A stretch of DNA of 64,000 nucleotides from IMGVR_UViG_3300034104_005687:62001-126000, one strand, 5' to 3'. Shown: positions 47,401 to 56,713, counted from the first letter of the stretch. A program made the numbers and translations. Notes: generated by a model not told the origin, from the sequence alone.

Positions 47401-48836
47401 CCAACATTACTTCAGTTGGTACATTAACTGCACTAGCAGTGACCGGTAACACTACATCAAGCAACTTTGTTGGTACACTAAATGGATCAGGTGCCAACGT
47501 TACCAGCATCAGTGCTACCAACATTAGTTCTGGTACACTGGAACAAGCTAGATTGGCCAATGCCGCAGTAACACTGGGCGGTACAGCACTCACACTTGGT
47601 GCAACTGTGACCACTGTGGTTGGTTTGACTAGTGTGACATCAACTACATTTGTGGGTGCATTGACTGGAGCAGCTACATCAGCCACAACGGCAGGTACTG
47701 TGACAACAGCAGCACAACCCAACATAACATCTGTTGGTACATTGTCAGGGTTGACGGTAACTGCAACCATCACAGGTAATATAACAGGATCAGCTGGTAC
47801 TGCAACAAGTGCTACTACAGCTGGTACTGTGACAACAGCAGCACAACCCAACATTACTTCAGTTGGTACACTGTCAGGGTTGACTGTAACTGCAACTATT
47901 ACAGGTAATATATCAGGTTCAGCAGCTACTGCAACCAGTGCTACTTCAGCTACCACAGCAGGTACTGTGACCACAGCAGCACAACCCAACATAACCTCAG
48001 TTGGTACGTTGACTGCATTGGCAGTGACTGGTAATACTACATCAGGAAACTTTGTTGGCACATTGAATGGATCAGGAGCCAACGTTACCAGTATCAGTGC
48101 TACCAACATTTCTAGTGGCACACTGGCTCAGGCTAGATTGGCTAACGCTAGCATAACTGTTAATGGTACTGCAATTGCACTAGGTGCATCAGGCACAATC
48201 ACAGCCACTGCCACAGGTACACTCACAATTGGCACAGGCCTCGGCGGTACCAGTTACAATGGCAGCACGGGCGTTACTATTACCAACACAGGTGTAACTG
48301 CTTTAACAGGTGGCGGCGGCATCACCGTAAACGCAAGCACAGGTTCTATCACGTTGGGTTCTACTGCAACTAGCGCAAACACCGCAGGTGCAATTGTTGC
48401 ACGTGGGGCAAGTGGAGAATTTAGTGCTGGAGTAATTACAGCAACTGCAACTTCTGCACGTTATGCTGACTTGGCAGAAAATTATTCTGCTGATGCTGTG
48501 TACGAACCAGGCACTGTGTTGATATTTGGTGGCACAGCAGAAGTCACTGTTGCCAACGCAGCAGGTGACACAAGAATTGCAGGTGTAGTGTCTACGGATC
48601 CAGCGCACTTGATGAATTCTACCATTGACTGCGAACATCCAGTGGCAGTTGCGTTGACTGGTCGAGTTCCTACCCGAGTAACAGGCACAGTACGCAAAGG
48701 AGACATGATGGTAGCTGCTGGCAACGGCCAAGCACAAGCATGTGCAACACCTGCATTGGGGTCTGTGATTGGTAAAGCATTGGCAGACTTTGATGGAACC
48801 AGTGGTGTAATTGAAGTTGTAGTAGGAAGATTATAA
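44466..48836 (+). CDS. Tail fibre-like protein with C-terminal YADLAE domain
   Basis: 1456 aa; same repeat types and C-terminal domain as 28460 gene. Confidence 0.8.
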   Translation: MSGYLGLDPNTQLLNTSTQFFSGNSAATQFTLSRAVASASDLDVLIGNVPQRPTVDFSAQNTTLLFTSAPATGTNNITVTFRAGALNSLTLQATAFPSGTVGAPGLYSVAANNTGLYWPTATDMAVTVAGTERVNFSSNSISTSNVTGALTVSGGVGVTGNIYTSGIVNVTNTTQSTSVASGALQVAGGAGIVGNVNVGGDITCVGDFTVNGVFRTTGTDSLEVNDPFIFLANANPGDSFDSGIITEYDDGVTRYAGIFRDITDDQWKLFGNLTVKPGTTVDTGDASFNYNSLIVAGLSATGNVTGTYLLGNGSLLTGISTDTTNISNGNSAVVIPSINGNILSNVNGITIVNVSSTGATVTGAVNSTTLSASGNVTGGNLITGGAVVATGAISGSVVSTTGNVTGGNINTSGLVSATGAVNSGSVTATGNVVGGNINTGGLISATGAITGAAITGTSLNLSTGNITAGNLNAAGISLTGNIVSAVNATSTIVAGSTISAVGNITGGNINTAGLVSATGAVNAGSVAAGTTISAAGNITGGNLITGGLITATGNLVTGANVIATGFGTFTGNITGGNLITGGLISATGAITGADISGTTISGSGNVTGGNVNTAGIVSATGNIVGGNISTPGLITATGSIQATGNTNGGNLNAVSAVAAGTTVSAGGNITGGNILTTGLVSAGGTVSATGTITGGNIATAGTISSTGNIVSAGNVSGGNVLATQAVIGAIVSSTGNVTATGNVSAGNVIATGLSLIGNVLGALATTGNITSGNLITTGLITATSNITGGNINTAGSMSATGTVNGNVLRSTNSAGDEGGEIQLALAAANTTLSGGVNIDVYQNRIRFFETGGTARGVFIDLATAAAGAATPLNPATPTQIVNGSTNFSSILNANLTATVAGTSNVVVIASTGQFVTGLISATGNITGANINGNGSGLSAITGANVTGTVANATFATSAGSATTATSATTAGTVTTAAQPNITSVGTLTALAVTGNTTSSNFVGTLNGSGANVTSISATNISSGTLEQARLANAAVTLGGTALTLGATVTTVVGLTSVTSTTFVGALTGAATSATTAGTVTTAAQPNITSVGTLSGLTVTATITGNITGSAGTATSATTAGTVTTAAQPNITSVGTLSGLTVTATITGNISGSAATATSATSATTAGTVTTAAQPNITSVGTLTALAVTGNTTSGNFVGTLNGSGANVTSISATNISSGTLAQARLANASITVNGTAIALGASGTITATATGTLTIGTGLGGTSYNGSTGVTITNTGVTALTGGGGITVNASTGSITLGSTATSANTAGAIVARGASGEFSAGVITATATSARYADLAENYSADAVYEPGTVLIFGGTAEVTVANAAGDTRIAGVVSTDPAHLMNSTIDCEHPVAVALTGRVPTRVTGTVRKGDMMVAAGNGQAQACATPALGSVIGKALADFDGTSGVIEVVVGRL

Positions 48837-49226
48837 ATGTATATAGGTAACACACCGCAAATTGGTCAGTACAGAAAAATGGATGCGTTGAGCTTTGATG
48901 GCTCAACCACAAGTTTTCCTATCACTGTAGGAGGTACAGCATTTACACCTCCCACTGTGTTTGCAATGATGGTGGTGCTCAACGACATACCTTTGAATCC
49001 CGGAGTTGATTTTTCAATTGCTGGATCAACCATTAGCTTTTCTGCACCCCCAGCATCTCTAACACCGTTCTTTGGCATACTCATGGGCGATACCCTGTTC
49101 ACTGGTGTCCCCAGCGATGCCACGGTGACCAACAGCAAAATTGCAACTGGCGCAGTCAGTTACGATAAATTTAGTACAAGCACGCAGGCAAGACTTACTG
49201 CGAATCAAATCATATTTGGAGTTTAA
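48837..49226 (+). CDS. Small virion structural protein
   Basis: MYIGNTP, FDGSTTSF, PGVDFSI, PSDATVT..KI motifs of fibre-associated proteins. Confidence 0.6.
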   Translation: MYIGNTPQIGQYRKMDALSFDGSTTSFPITVGGTAFTPPTVFAMMVVLNDIPLNPGVDFSIAGSTISFSAPPASLTPFFGILMGDTLFTGVPSDATVTNSKIATGAVSYDKFSTSTQARLTANQIIFGV

Positions 49227-49229
49227 AAG

Positions 49230-52200
49230 ATGGCACGTCAACGAGTTAATCAATACGTTTTTACACCTGGTACCTCAGGTTTGGGTACTGTCAAGGTGCA
49301 GGGGCGTGTAAATCTAGAAGAATTTCTAGCCATCTACAACACCACAGACAACATCAATATCTACAATTTTGGTGACCCTGTGTTGGGCGGCACAGTGGCC
49401 TGGGCAGCAGGTACCACAGCACAGTTTCCCACAGCCTACGACGGTGTTACCACATTGACATTGAACGCTGACACCAGCCTGATGAATGCTGCAGACAAGC
49501 TGGCAATCTGGGTAGAAGCTCAAAGCATGACCACCAAGCCCTGGTCGTTTGAAATGGACGCTATTGGACGCAGCAGAGTTGCCAACCCACAGGCCTTGAT
49601 TGACGCTGACTTTGAATATGGTTTGCAAAACACCAAGTGGCAGAACTATTCGGTCAACAACAACATTCCTGGTTTTTATGAAAACACAGGATCTGACATT
49701 GTGTTTGGCACCAACGGCTATGTGTCATTGATTTCAGGTGATGATGTGATTACATCAGACGTTGATACATCTGTGAGATTGGCCAACCCTGGTTCAACAC
49801 AATGGGTAGCCAACGATTTTGCACTGTTGATCAGTCAAACACAGGGCAACATAGTTCCGTTGACCAGCACATTTACCACTGCTCGCGTGCCCAGTCCGCA
49901 GGAAAGAGCAATCACTGTCAGCAGTTCCACAGGATTTTCTGCAGGCGACAACGTGTTGATTATTCCGCGTCCAGCTTCAGGTGGAACCACTATTGCCACC
50001 ACAATCAGCAGCACAGCCACTACCACAGTAGTAGTCACCGACGCATCCACTGCAGGCATAGTAGACGGCAGTTATATCATTGCACTGACCAACACCGCCA
50101 ATGTATACGAAGTCATGGCAGTGACCAACGTCAGCACCAACACACTCACTGTGGTCCGACAGTCCAACAACACCAACGGTGCAGGAGCCAACATCAACTC
50201 AGGCAATGCAGTGTATGTGGTTCCAGCTATTGAAATAGCCAGAGTACTCAGAGTTGACAGCGGCACTTCTATAGACGTGGCCCGTGGCTGGTACAACATT
50301 CCCAGTGTGAATTCTGCAGAAATAGGTTCTATCATTCAACGATGCAGTGCCAACGTTGAATTGGTTCAACACACTGCCATAAGCTCTGCAGTCAACGGAC
50401 AGCAAACAATTTCTAGATCAGCATTTGGTTCAACCGCTCTGACCGCTGCTGGAGTTGGCAGTTTAATGGTACGCATGACCGGTGTATACAATGCCAGTAC
50501 CGATGCCAACGTTCCGTTGACCGCTGTCAATGCGCCCGACAATAGTTTTATCGCAGGACAAGGAGAGTACTGCACAGTACTGAGCTCAGAAAGCACTTCC
50601 ACTGACGGTACCAACATTTTGAGTGCTCTGGGATTCAACAGCAACAACTTCAGTTATTATCCGCACTTGGACCCTGCTGTTGCCTTGGGTTATCCGTTGA
50701 ACCGGTCAGACACTGTGATTCGAGCAGCATTTCCGTTTACAGGAGCTGATCTGGACATACTCAGCATTACCAGCAATGGAGCCAACCCCAGCACAATCAC
50801 TGTGACCACAACATATGCTCACGGACTGGTACCAGGAACTCCAATTTTGTGTAACCTAACTGCTGGCACAAACTATGTGTATGGCCTGGGCAGTTTCTTT
50901 ATCGTGAGTGTGCCCAGCAACAACACATTTACCTACACTGCCAAAACTGGTGCTGCGGTGTCTGGATCAATATTGGGCATAATCAACGTTCGCAGCAATG
51001 CCACATTCTTGCCAAGACCGTTTGACGGCGGTGTTGTGTTGGGACCCGGAACGCCAACTCGTGGCGCTGCTGCTGTACGACAGACTAAAAAATATTTCCG
51101 TTATCAATCAGGTAAAGGAATTTTGTTTACATCAGGTACCATGCTGAAACCAACATTTGATGTTATTGCAGTATCTGCCTCCAACACTGTGCCCAACAGC
51201 ACTATTACCATAGTTACCGATTTGCCTCATGGACTAAATCCTGGCGCAGAGATTGCGCTGTCGGGAGTTACAACTTCAGGATACAACTACCCAGGTTATG
51301 TGATTACTGACATTTTAAGTGATCTCAGCTTCACTGTTGATGCACAAGACACACTGGGTTCAACCACACCGGTACTGGGATCACAACCTCGTGTGAACGT
51401 GGAAGCCTGGCACGGAGCAAGCGTTCGAGCTGGTATCTTTGATGATCAAAACGGTTTGTATTGGGAATGTGATGGCCAAAGTATCAATGCAGTACAGCGC
51501 AGTTCCACATTCCAGGTAGCTGGCTTGGTATCAGTGGGTGTAGGCTCCAACTTGGTGGTAGGCAACGAAACTTGTCGTTTCCAAGAACAACTCAACAACG
51601 GAGACGTTGTGGTTATCCGTGGTATGACACACACTGTCACTAGTATTCCCAGCGAGCAACGCATGACTGTGGTACCAGTGTATCGCGGAGTATCAAATCA
51701 AAATCGTGTAAAAATGTGTTTACGACAAGAGATTCGTGTTCGTCAACCAGATTTCAACATTGATCCATTGGATGGCACAGGTCCCAGCGGATACACTCTT
51801 GACTCCACCAAAATGCAGATGTTGGGTGTAGAGTATTCATGGTACGGTGCAGGCTATGTGCAGTGGATGGCTCGAGGGCAAGATGGTGTTATGATTCCAG
51901 CACATCGTCGTCCCAACAACAACATCAACAACGAAGCATACATGCGTTCAGGCAATTTGCCTGCACGATATGAAGCCATCAACGAAACACCGGTAAACAG
52001 ATTGGCCAGTGCCATCGACAGCAGCCAGTCCACTATTACTTTGGTTGATGCCACCGACTATCCTGCAGCCAGTGTGACATATCCTGTGTACGTGATGATC
52101 GACAGCGAAATCGTCAAGTACTCGGGCAAGACTGGCAACAATTTGACTGGTTGCACACGAGCAGCAACATTTTCGCAATGGGTAGAAGGCGCTAACCGCA

Positions 52201-53198
52201 GTTTTACCAGCTCGGCAGCCGCCAGCCATGCTGCCAACACTGGTGTTATTTTGATCTCAAATACTTGTACGCCACTGGTAAATCACTGGGGTAGTTCAGT
52301 GATCATGGACGGCAACTTTGATGGTGACGAAGGCTATCAGTTCACATTCAACCGCGTGAACTACGGTTTGCCGGCAACTATTGGACAGAAGCAAGTGGCA
52401 TTTTGTATGCGACTAAGCCCCAGTGTCAGCAATGGCCTGATTGGAGAGCTAGGCGATCGTGACCTAATCAACCGTGCTCAAGTTACCATGAAAAACATGA
52501 TCATAAACATCACAGCCGGTCGTTATTTGGTAGAAGGTATCTTGAACCCCAGCAACATTGATGCTGCCAACACTGCCTGGGCTGGCATCAACAACCTGGG
52601 CGGTGGCTTTCAGCCCAGCCTGTGTGAATTTTCTACTGCTCCTACCTACACCGACGAAAGCACTGGTGGCCTTACAGGATCTCCATTTGGCACAGAAGGT
52701 GGCCTTATTGAATCAGGTACAAAACCAACGTTTTCTACCACTAGAACATTTGCAAACTTGACTCCAGGTGTGATATCCAGTTCAGGATCGGGTGCCAACA
52801 TCACTGTGCAGTTGACACGAACAGGCACAACTTACAACAACAACACTGTGCAAATCACTGTGCAGAATCCCGGCACAGGATATGCTGTTGCGGATACCTT
52901 GAGAATTTTAGGCAACGTCATTGGAGGATCAACACCTGCCAACGATCTAAACCTCACAGTTGCTGCTATTACCAGTGAATTGAACGGTGGCGAACGACTG
53001 TTTGCTATCCCAATCAGTACCACCAACTCGGGCACACTGGATCTGAGTTCAGTGAAACAGGTAGGGACCAGTGCTGTTCCAGGGCAAGGTGTTTACCCCA
53101 ACGGTCCTGAACTGCTGGCAATTCAGCTCACTGCATTGGTAACGGCTACCAATCCTGTGTCTGAAATTCAGTTGCAGTACTTTGAAAGCCAGGCCTAA
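49230..53198 (+). CDS. Large virion structural protein (1322 aa)
   Basis: LIDADFEYGLQ.TKW, RQTKKYFRYQSGKG, YSWYGAG, YMRSGNLP.RYE; beta-rich; in fibre module. Confidence 0.65.
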   Translation: MARQRVNQYVFTPGTSGLGTVKVQGRVNLEEFLAIYNTTDNINIYNFGDPVLGGTVAWAAGTTAQFPTAYDGVTTLTLNADTSLMNAADKLAIWVEAQSMTTKPWSFEMDAIGRSRVANPQALIDADFEYGLQNTKWQNYSVNNNIPGFYENTGSDIVFGTNGYVSLISGDDVITSDVDTSVRLANPGSTQWVANDFALLISQTQGNIVPLTSTFTTARVPSPQERAITVSSSTGFSAGDNVLIIPRPASGGTTIATTISSTATTTVVVTDASTAGIVDGSYIIALTNTANVYEVMAVTNVSTNTLTVVRQSNNTNGAGANINSGNAVYVVPAIEIARVLRVDSGTSIDVARGWYNIPSVNSAEIGSIIQRCSANVELVQHTAISSAVNGQQTISRSAFGSTALTAAGVGSLMVRMTGVYNASTDANVPLTAVNAPDNSFIAGQGEYCTVLSSESTSTDGTNILSALGFNSNNFSYYPHLDPAVALGYPLNRSDTVIRAAFPFTGADLDILSITSNGANPSTITVTTTYAHGLVPGTPILCNLTAGTNYVYGLGSFFIVSVPSNNTFTYTAKTGAAVSGSILGIINVRSNATFLPRPFDGGVVLGPGTPTRGAAAVRQTKKYFRYQSGKGILFTSGTMLKPTFDVIAVSASNTVPNSTITIVTDLPHGLNPGAEIALSGVTTSGYNYPGYVITDILSDLSFTVDAQDTLGSTTPVLGSQPRVNVEAWHGASVRAGIFDDQNGLYWECDGQSINAVQRSSTFQVAGLVSVGVGSNLVVGNETCRFQEQLNNGDVVVIRGMTHTVTSIPSEQRMTVVPVYRGVSNQNRVKMCLRQEIRVRQPDFNIDPLDGTGPSGYTLDSTKMQMLGVEYSWYGAGYVQWMARGQDGVMIPAHRRPNNNINNEAYMRSGNLPARYEAINETPVNRLASAIDSSQSTITLVDATDYPAASVTYPVYVMIDSEIVKYSGKTGNNLTGCTRAATFSQWVEGANRSFTSSAAASHAANTGVILISNTCTPLVNHWGSSVIMDGNFDGDEGYQFTFNRVNYGLPATIGQKQVAFCMRLSPSVSNGLIGELGDRDLINRAQVTMKNMIINITAGRYLVEGILNPSNIDAANTAWAGINNLGGGFQPSLCEFSTAPTYTDESTGGLTGSPFGTEGGLIESGTKPTFSTTRTFANLTPGVISSSGSGANITVQLTRTGTTYNNNTVQITVQNPGTGYAVADTLRILGNVIGGSTPANDLNLTVAAITSELNGGERLFAIPISTTNSGTLDLSSVKQVGTSAVPGQGVYPNGPELLAIQLTALVTATNPVSEIQLQYFESQA

Positions 53199-53638
53199 AC
53201 GGCCAAAGAGGCAAGATAACGCTCCACAGTGTCTATCTTGCCTTGCACAGCTTCAACATTCACAGTGTTCCACAGCCCAGGATGCATGGGCCTTGGCCAG
53301 TGCCCGCGATCAATCCAGGCATAGCCAAGGTGTTCGTGATTCAATGTTGGAGTGAATTCTGTGGCCACACTGCACACCCAGGTATTGTATTCAAATTGAC
53401 TGTCGGCGCTGGTGAATTTTTCCAACGGCACAAGATGTTGATAGTCAGGAAAAAATCCCAGTTCTTCCACACATTCGCGTTCCATACCGCCCAACAACGT
53501 TTCGCTGGGCTCTACCTTGCCACCAGGCAAGCCCCAAGAGCCAGGGTGTTTGGCATCGTTGCGCAACAAATAGAGATAGCGTCCAGTGTCAGCACTGCGA
53601 AACCAAACGCCCACAGCTCTTACAGAACCAGTCTCCAT
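53195..53638 (-). CDS. Nudix hydrolase
   Basis: Nudix box WGLPGGKVEPSETLLGGMERECVEELG; start placed at ATG 53638. Confidence 0.88.
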   Translation of the reverse strand: METGSVRAVGVWFRSADTGRYLYLLRNDAKHPGSWGLPGGKVEPSETLLGGMERECVEELGFFPDYQHLVPLEKFTSADSQFEYNTWVCSVATEFTPTLNHEHLGYAWIDRGHWPRPMHPGLWNTVNVEAVQGKIDTVERYLASLAV

Positions 53639-55020
53639 TTTCCCCCGGGGTACACTCCTTGATAGCTTTTGATCCATTCTTGTCCAGTCCAGTAATATTG
53701 TGTACCTGTAGTTATGTTGGTCACATACTGGCTGGCAGATTGTGATGATGCATTGAACACCACACGCCAAAAACCAGATGCCATGTATTCAACTATGTCG
53801 TTGGCTTCGGCTATCAGTGGTCGCCCATTTTCGCCAACCCAGGCCGAAGCTGGCCCAATATTTTCACCGTTGCCAGTAGGTTCAGTCAACAAATACCTGA
53901 CACCAGCTATGGAAGAGTCTTCGGTTCTGGGCCCAGTGGCCTGCGGATTGATAATGGCATCAATGGGCGGCAATGTGTTTTGTGGCACAGTGTCAACGTC
54001 TATGTCTACCAGCAAGAATCTTTCATCGTTGGGATCTACCACAATAGTGCCCACAACTTCTGATTCATCAGGTTGTTCCAGTCTGATTTGACTGATGCCT
54101 GGACGTAGAGCACCGTACAAGCTGATCACAGCAGGCCACATCAAGTTGCTGTCGGGCACAATCACAGTTTCTTGCAAACTGTCGTTGTCAGGCTCTGCAG
54201 CCAGGTACTGTTGCTGCAAACACTGTAGTTTGTTGCCAATCAGCACAGTGGCATAGTTGTAGGGTGTGATTACCTGACGTGTGCCCAGCAACAAATCGTT
54301 GTTGGTAATGGCGTTGATCAAGTCGCCTTGTGCATCGTACATGCTGGCCACAATTCGTTCAACCACGCCCAGTTTCTTGACCCTGGCAGGTGGACTGATC
54401 CAAATTGGCAAATTGAATCTCAGTGTGGCAATGTCAATGGGATTTTCTGTGCCCACAGGGATAGTTCGACTGCTCCAGTTTACACTTTCTAGTTCAACCA
54501 CACTCAAACTGGTCCAGTCAAGAAAGTTGTCAGTGCTTTGTATTTCCAAACTGGGATTGAACAAGGTCAGTATTTGTTCCACCAACTGTAACTTTTGATT
54601 GGTGTTGCTGGTCCAAACATCCAGGTTCAAGGTCAGCGCATACGGCACAGGCATCAGACGTTCTATGGTAAACGCATTGCCTTGAGTGGTTTCATAAGTT
54701 TCAGTTTCGGTATCGTAGGTACGTTGGCGCACATTGACCTTGCTTACAAAGTAAGGTTCTTGCATTCTGGGACGATCATAGTTCAGTGCCGCAATGTAAA
54801 ATGTCATCAGTGGAGTAGATGGCAAACTGCTGGCTGAGTTTTCTTGCAGTATGGTCTGTGCCTGACGACTAGAATCTCCGTAGCGGATGGGCACACGCAA
54901 CAGTGCGGCAGCATTGGGATCAGCGTCGTCGCGTCCGTATTCAATTTGGAACCCTGAAAAGATTCGTGTAAACTGTAACAGGAATCGACGTATTTGTTCG
55001 TCATAAAAATAACTTTGAAT
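53620..55020 (-). CDS. gp15: Tail terminator/sheath stabiliser, gp15-like, C-terminally extended; probable ATT start
   Basis: In-frame YFYDEQIRRFLLQFTRIFS upstream of the track's start; VPIRYG, MPVPY.L, QLVEQIL.LFNP motifs. Confidence 0.78.
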   Translation of the reverse strand: MQSYFYDEQIRRFLLQFTRIFSGFQIEYGRDDADPNAAALLRVPIRYGDSSRQAQTILQENSASSLPSTPLMTFYIAALNYDRPRMQEPYFVSKVNVRQRTYDTETETYETTQGNAFTIERLMPVPYALTLNLDVWTSNTNQKLQLVEQILTLFNPSLEIQSTDNFLDWTSLSVVELESVNWSSRTIPVGTENPIDIATLRFNLPIWISPPARVKKLGVVERIVASMYDAQGDLINAITNNDLLLGTRQVITPYNYATVLIGNKLQCLQQQYLAAEPDNDSLQETVIVPDSNLMWPAVISLYGALRPGISQIRLEQPDESEVVGTIVVDPNDERFLLVDIDVDTVPQNTLPPIDAIINPQATGPRTEDSSIAGVRYLLTEPTGNGENIGPASAWVGENGRPLIAEANDIVEYMASGFWRVVFNASSQSASQYVTNITTGTQYYWTGQEWIKSYQGVYPGGKWRLVL

Positions 55021-55031
55021 TTTGATTCTCC

Positions 55032-56342
55032 TTAACCGCCGTTGTCGGCGCGAGGTTTAAGAATTTCACTGAGACTCTGACGACTTGGAATAGCGCCTCG
55101 GTCTGTGGTGTTGACTGTGGTGTCGTTGTTGACAAAACTACTACGCAGTGTTTTGTTGTCTGGGCCGTTGTTGAGATCAGTGCGAACCTTGTCTTCAATC
55201 TTGATCCAACGTGCTCCGTCATAACGGAACAGTCTATTGGGCCTGTAATCCAGCCGTAAGCAGTAGTCGCCGGCCACAGGACTGAGTGGAAAACTCACAC
55301 CAGGAGTAACAGGCAATCCATTGGGTGCAATACCATCGCCGGTGAGATAACCCACAGTGTACCCGTCACTTTTGGGAGTAACGTTCATGCCGCCTTGTGT
55401 GCCGTCTACTGTGGTTGTATTATCTGCTGTGAGCCCTTCAGGATTAGCAGGCTGCAGCTCATTGGTAGGCAAAATATAAAACTTTGTGGGATCATAGCCT
55501 GACAACGGAACCTCAACGTCGGCCTGGACCAAGATAGCATCGTTGATTTCGTAGTCTTTCTGTCTGGTGCCTTGTATATCACTGATGGTGTCAGGAGTGT
55601 ACACAGTCCAAAAGTTGGTATTGGTTATGTTTGTGCCAGCAGGTACGTTCTGAGTGGCCTGATAATACACATCGCCATAGTTGACCACAGTGCCAGTGGG
55701 ATAAAAGTTTCCGTTGTCCCAGATGTTTTCTTGCACCATTGGCTTGTCTGTGATTGAATTGTATTCTTGTGCGTCTGTGAGCGGGGTGGCTTTGACACGC
55801 CACAAGTGAGGCAACCATGTTTGACTAAATCCCTCGCTGGCAAAAGCAGCGTCTTGTATCACATAATACTTGGGCAAAGCTCGCGGCAAGTTAGGATTCA
55901 GCGGATGAAAATCTCGCAGGTTGGGCAGTTCCAGCACATCGCCGGTCATGAGTTTTCGGCCAAACGTGTCTATCATGTCGTTGTAGTGAAACGTGATAAA
56001 CAGGGTATCATTGTTCAAAAACAAGCCAAACTGTGTTAGGTCAAAGTCCACATCTTGTTGATTGTATACTCCTCGCATGACATAGATGTCAGGAGCGTAC
56101 ACACGATCCCGGTTTTCCAGCAACAGCAAGTCCTGTATGTTCAGTGGATTCAGTTCGTCGTACACTGGCTGGGTGGCGTCTGCGTTGCCCGAAAATGCCG
56201 AATCCTCACCGCCAGTTTGTGGTCCTAGATATTTGTGAACATACATATCTGCCCCGCCAACAGTGTACATTTCGGAGATAGTGCGATCCAAAAACTGGTA
56301 ATCTCGGGTTCGATTGGGACGGTATAGGCTTAGGCGTGGCAT
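55032..56342 (-). CDS. gp14: Neck/head-closure protein, gp14-like, extended
   Basis: Start MPRLSLY at 56342; DLLLLENRDR, LTQFGLF, GDVLELP; adjacent to gp15. Confidence 0.65.
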   Translation of the reverse strand: MPRLSLYRPNRTRDYQFLDRTISEMYTVGGADMYVHKYLGPQTGGEDSAFSGNADATQPVYDELNPLNIQDLLLLENRDRVYAPDIYVMRGVYNQQDVDFDLTQFGLFLNNDTLFITFHYNDMIDTFGRKLMTGDVLELPNLRDFHPLNPNLPRALPKYYVIQDAAFASEGFSQTWLPHLWRVKATPLTDAQEYNSITDKPMVQENIWDNGNFYPTGTVVNYGDVYYQATQNVPAGTNITNTNFWTVYTPDTISDIQGTRQKDYEINDAILVQADVEVPLSGYDPTKFYILPTNELQPANPEGLTADNTTTVDGTQGGMNVTPKSDGYTVGYLTGDGIAPNGLPVTPGVSFPLSPVAGDYCLRLDYRPNRLFRYDGARWIKIEDKVRTDLNNGPDNKTLRSSFVNNDTTVNTTDRGAIPSRQSLSEILKPRADNGG

Positions 56343-56347
56343 GTTGT

Positions 56348-56355
56348 TATTTATA
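56348..56355 (-). promoter_or_regulatory. Late promoter TATAAATA
   Basis: Exact T4 late consensus 5 nt before ATG 56342. Confidence 0.75.
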
Positions 56356-56364
56356 GTATTTTGG

Positions 56365-56393
56365 TTGACTGGATATTCCCAAACTGCTATAAT
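56365..56393 (+). promoter_or_regulatory. Sigma70 early promoter
   Basis: TTGACT-17 nt-TATAAT with extended TG. Confidence 0.85.
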
Positions 56394-56420
56394 TAGCACT
56401 TAACTACACAAGGAGCCACA

Positions 56421-56666
56421 ATGCTAACAGATGTACAAAGCGCACAAATTAATAGTACTGAAGTATACACTTTAGATTATGAGGCAGAAGCTCTTCAAAG
56501 TTGCGAGGACTTAACAGACGAGCTAGAGGTACGTGCAACCAATGTTATTTTGGAGCAGACAAAGTGGGACGCTCGCGAGGATCTGGGCGGTATCACAGTT
56601 TACTTCCGAGATAGTACTTTAGTAGCATTCTACGATTACGAGCAGTTTCGCGGTACTGTGTTCTAA
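56421..56666 (+). CDS. Hypothetical early protein
   Basis: 81 aa acidic; AAGGAG RBS; behind sigma70 promoter. Confidence 0.7.
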   Translation: MLTDVQSAQINSTEVYTLDYEAEALQSCEDLTDELEVRATNVILEQTKWDAREDLGGITVYFRDSTLVAFYDYEQFRGTVF

Positions 56667-56684
56667 AAACAACACCAGCAAAGA

Positions 56685-56713
56685 TTGACATCAAAATCAA
56701 TCTTTGCTATAAT
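56685..56713 (+). promoter_or_regulatory. Sigma70 early promoter (consensus)
   Basis: TTGACA-17 nt-TATAAT with extended TG. Confidence 0.88.

Noticed and set aside
28468-48853. Long minus-strand ORFs (up to 671 aa) opposite the fibre genes
   Set aside because: Antisense shadows of repetitive Gly/Asn/Thr/Ala codons that lack reverse-strand stops; no RBS or recognisable domains
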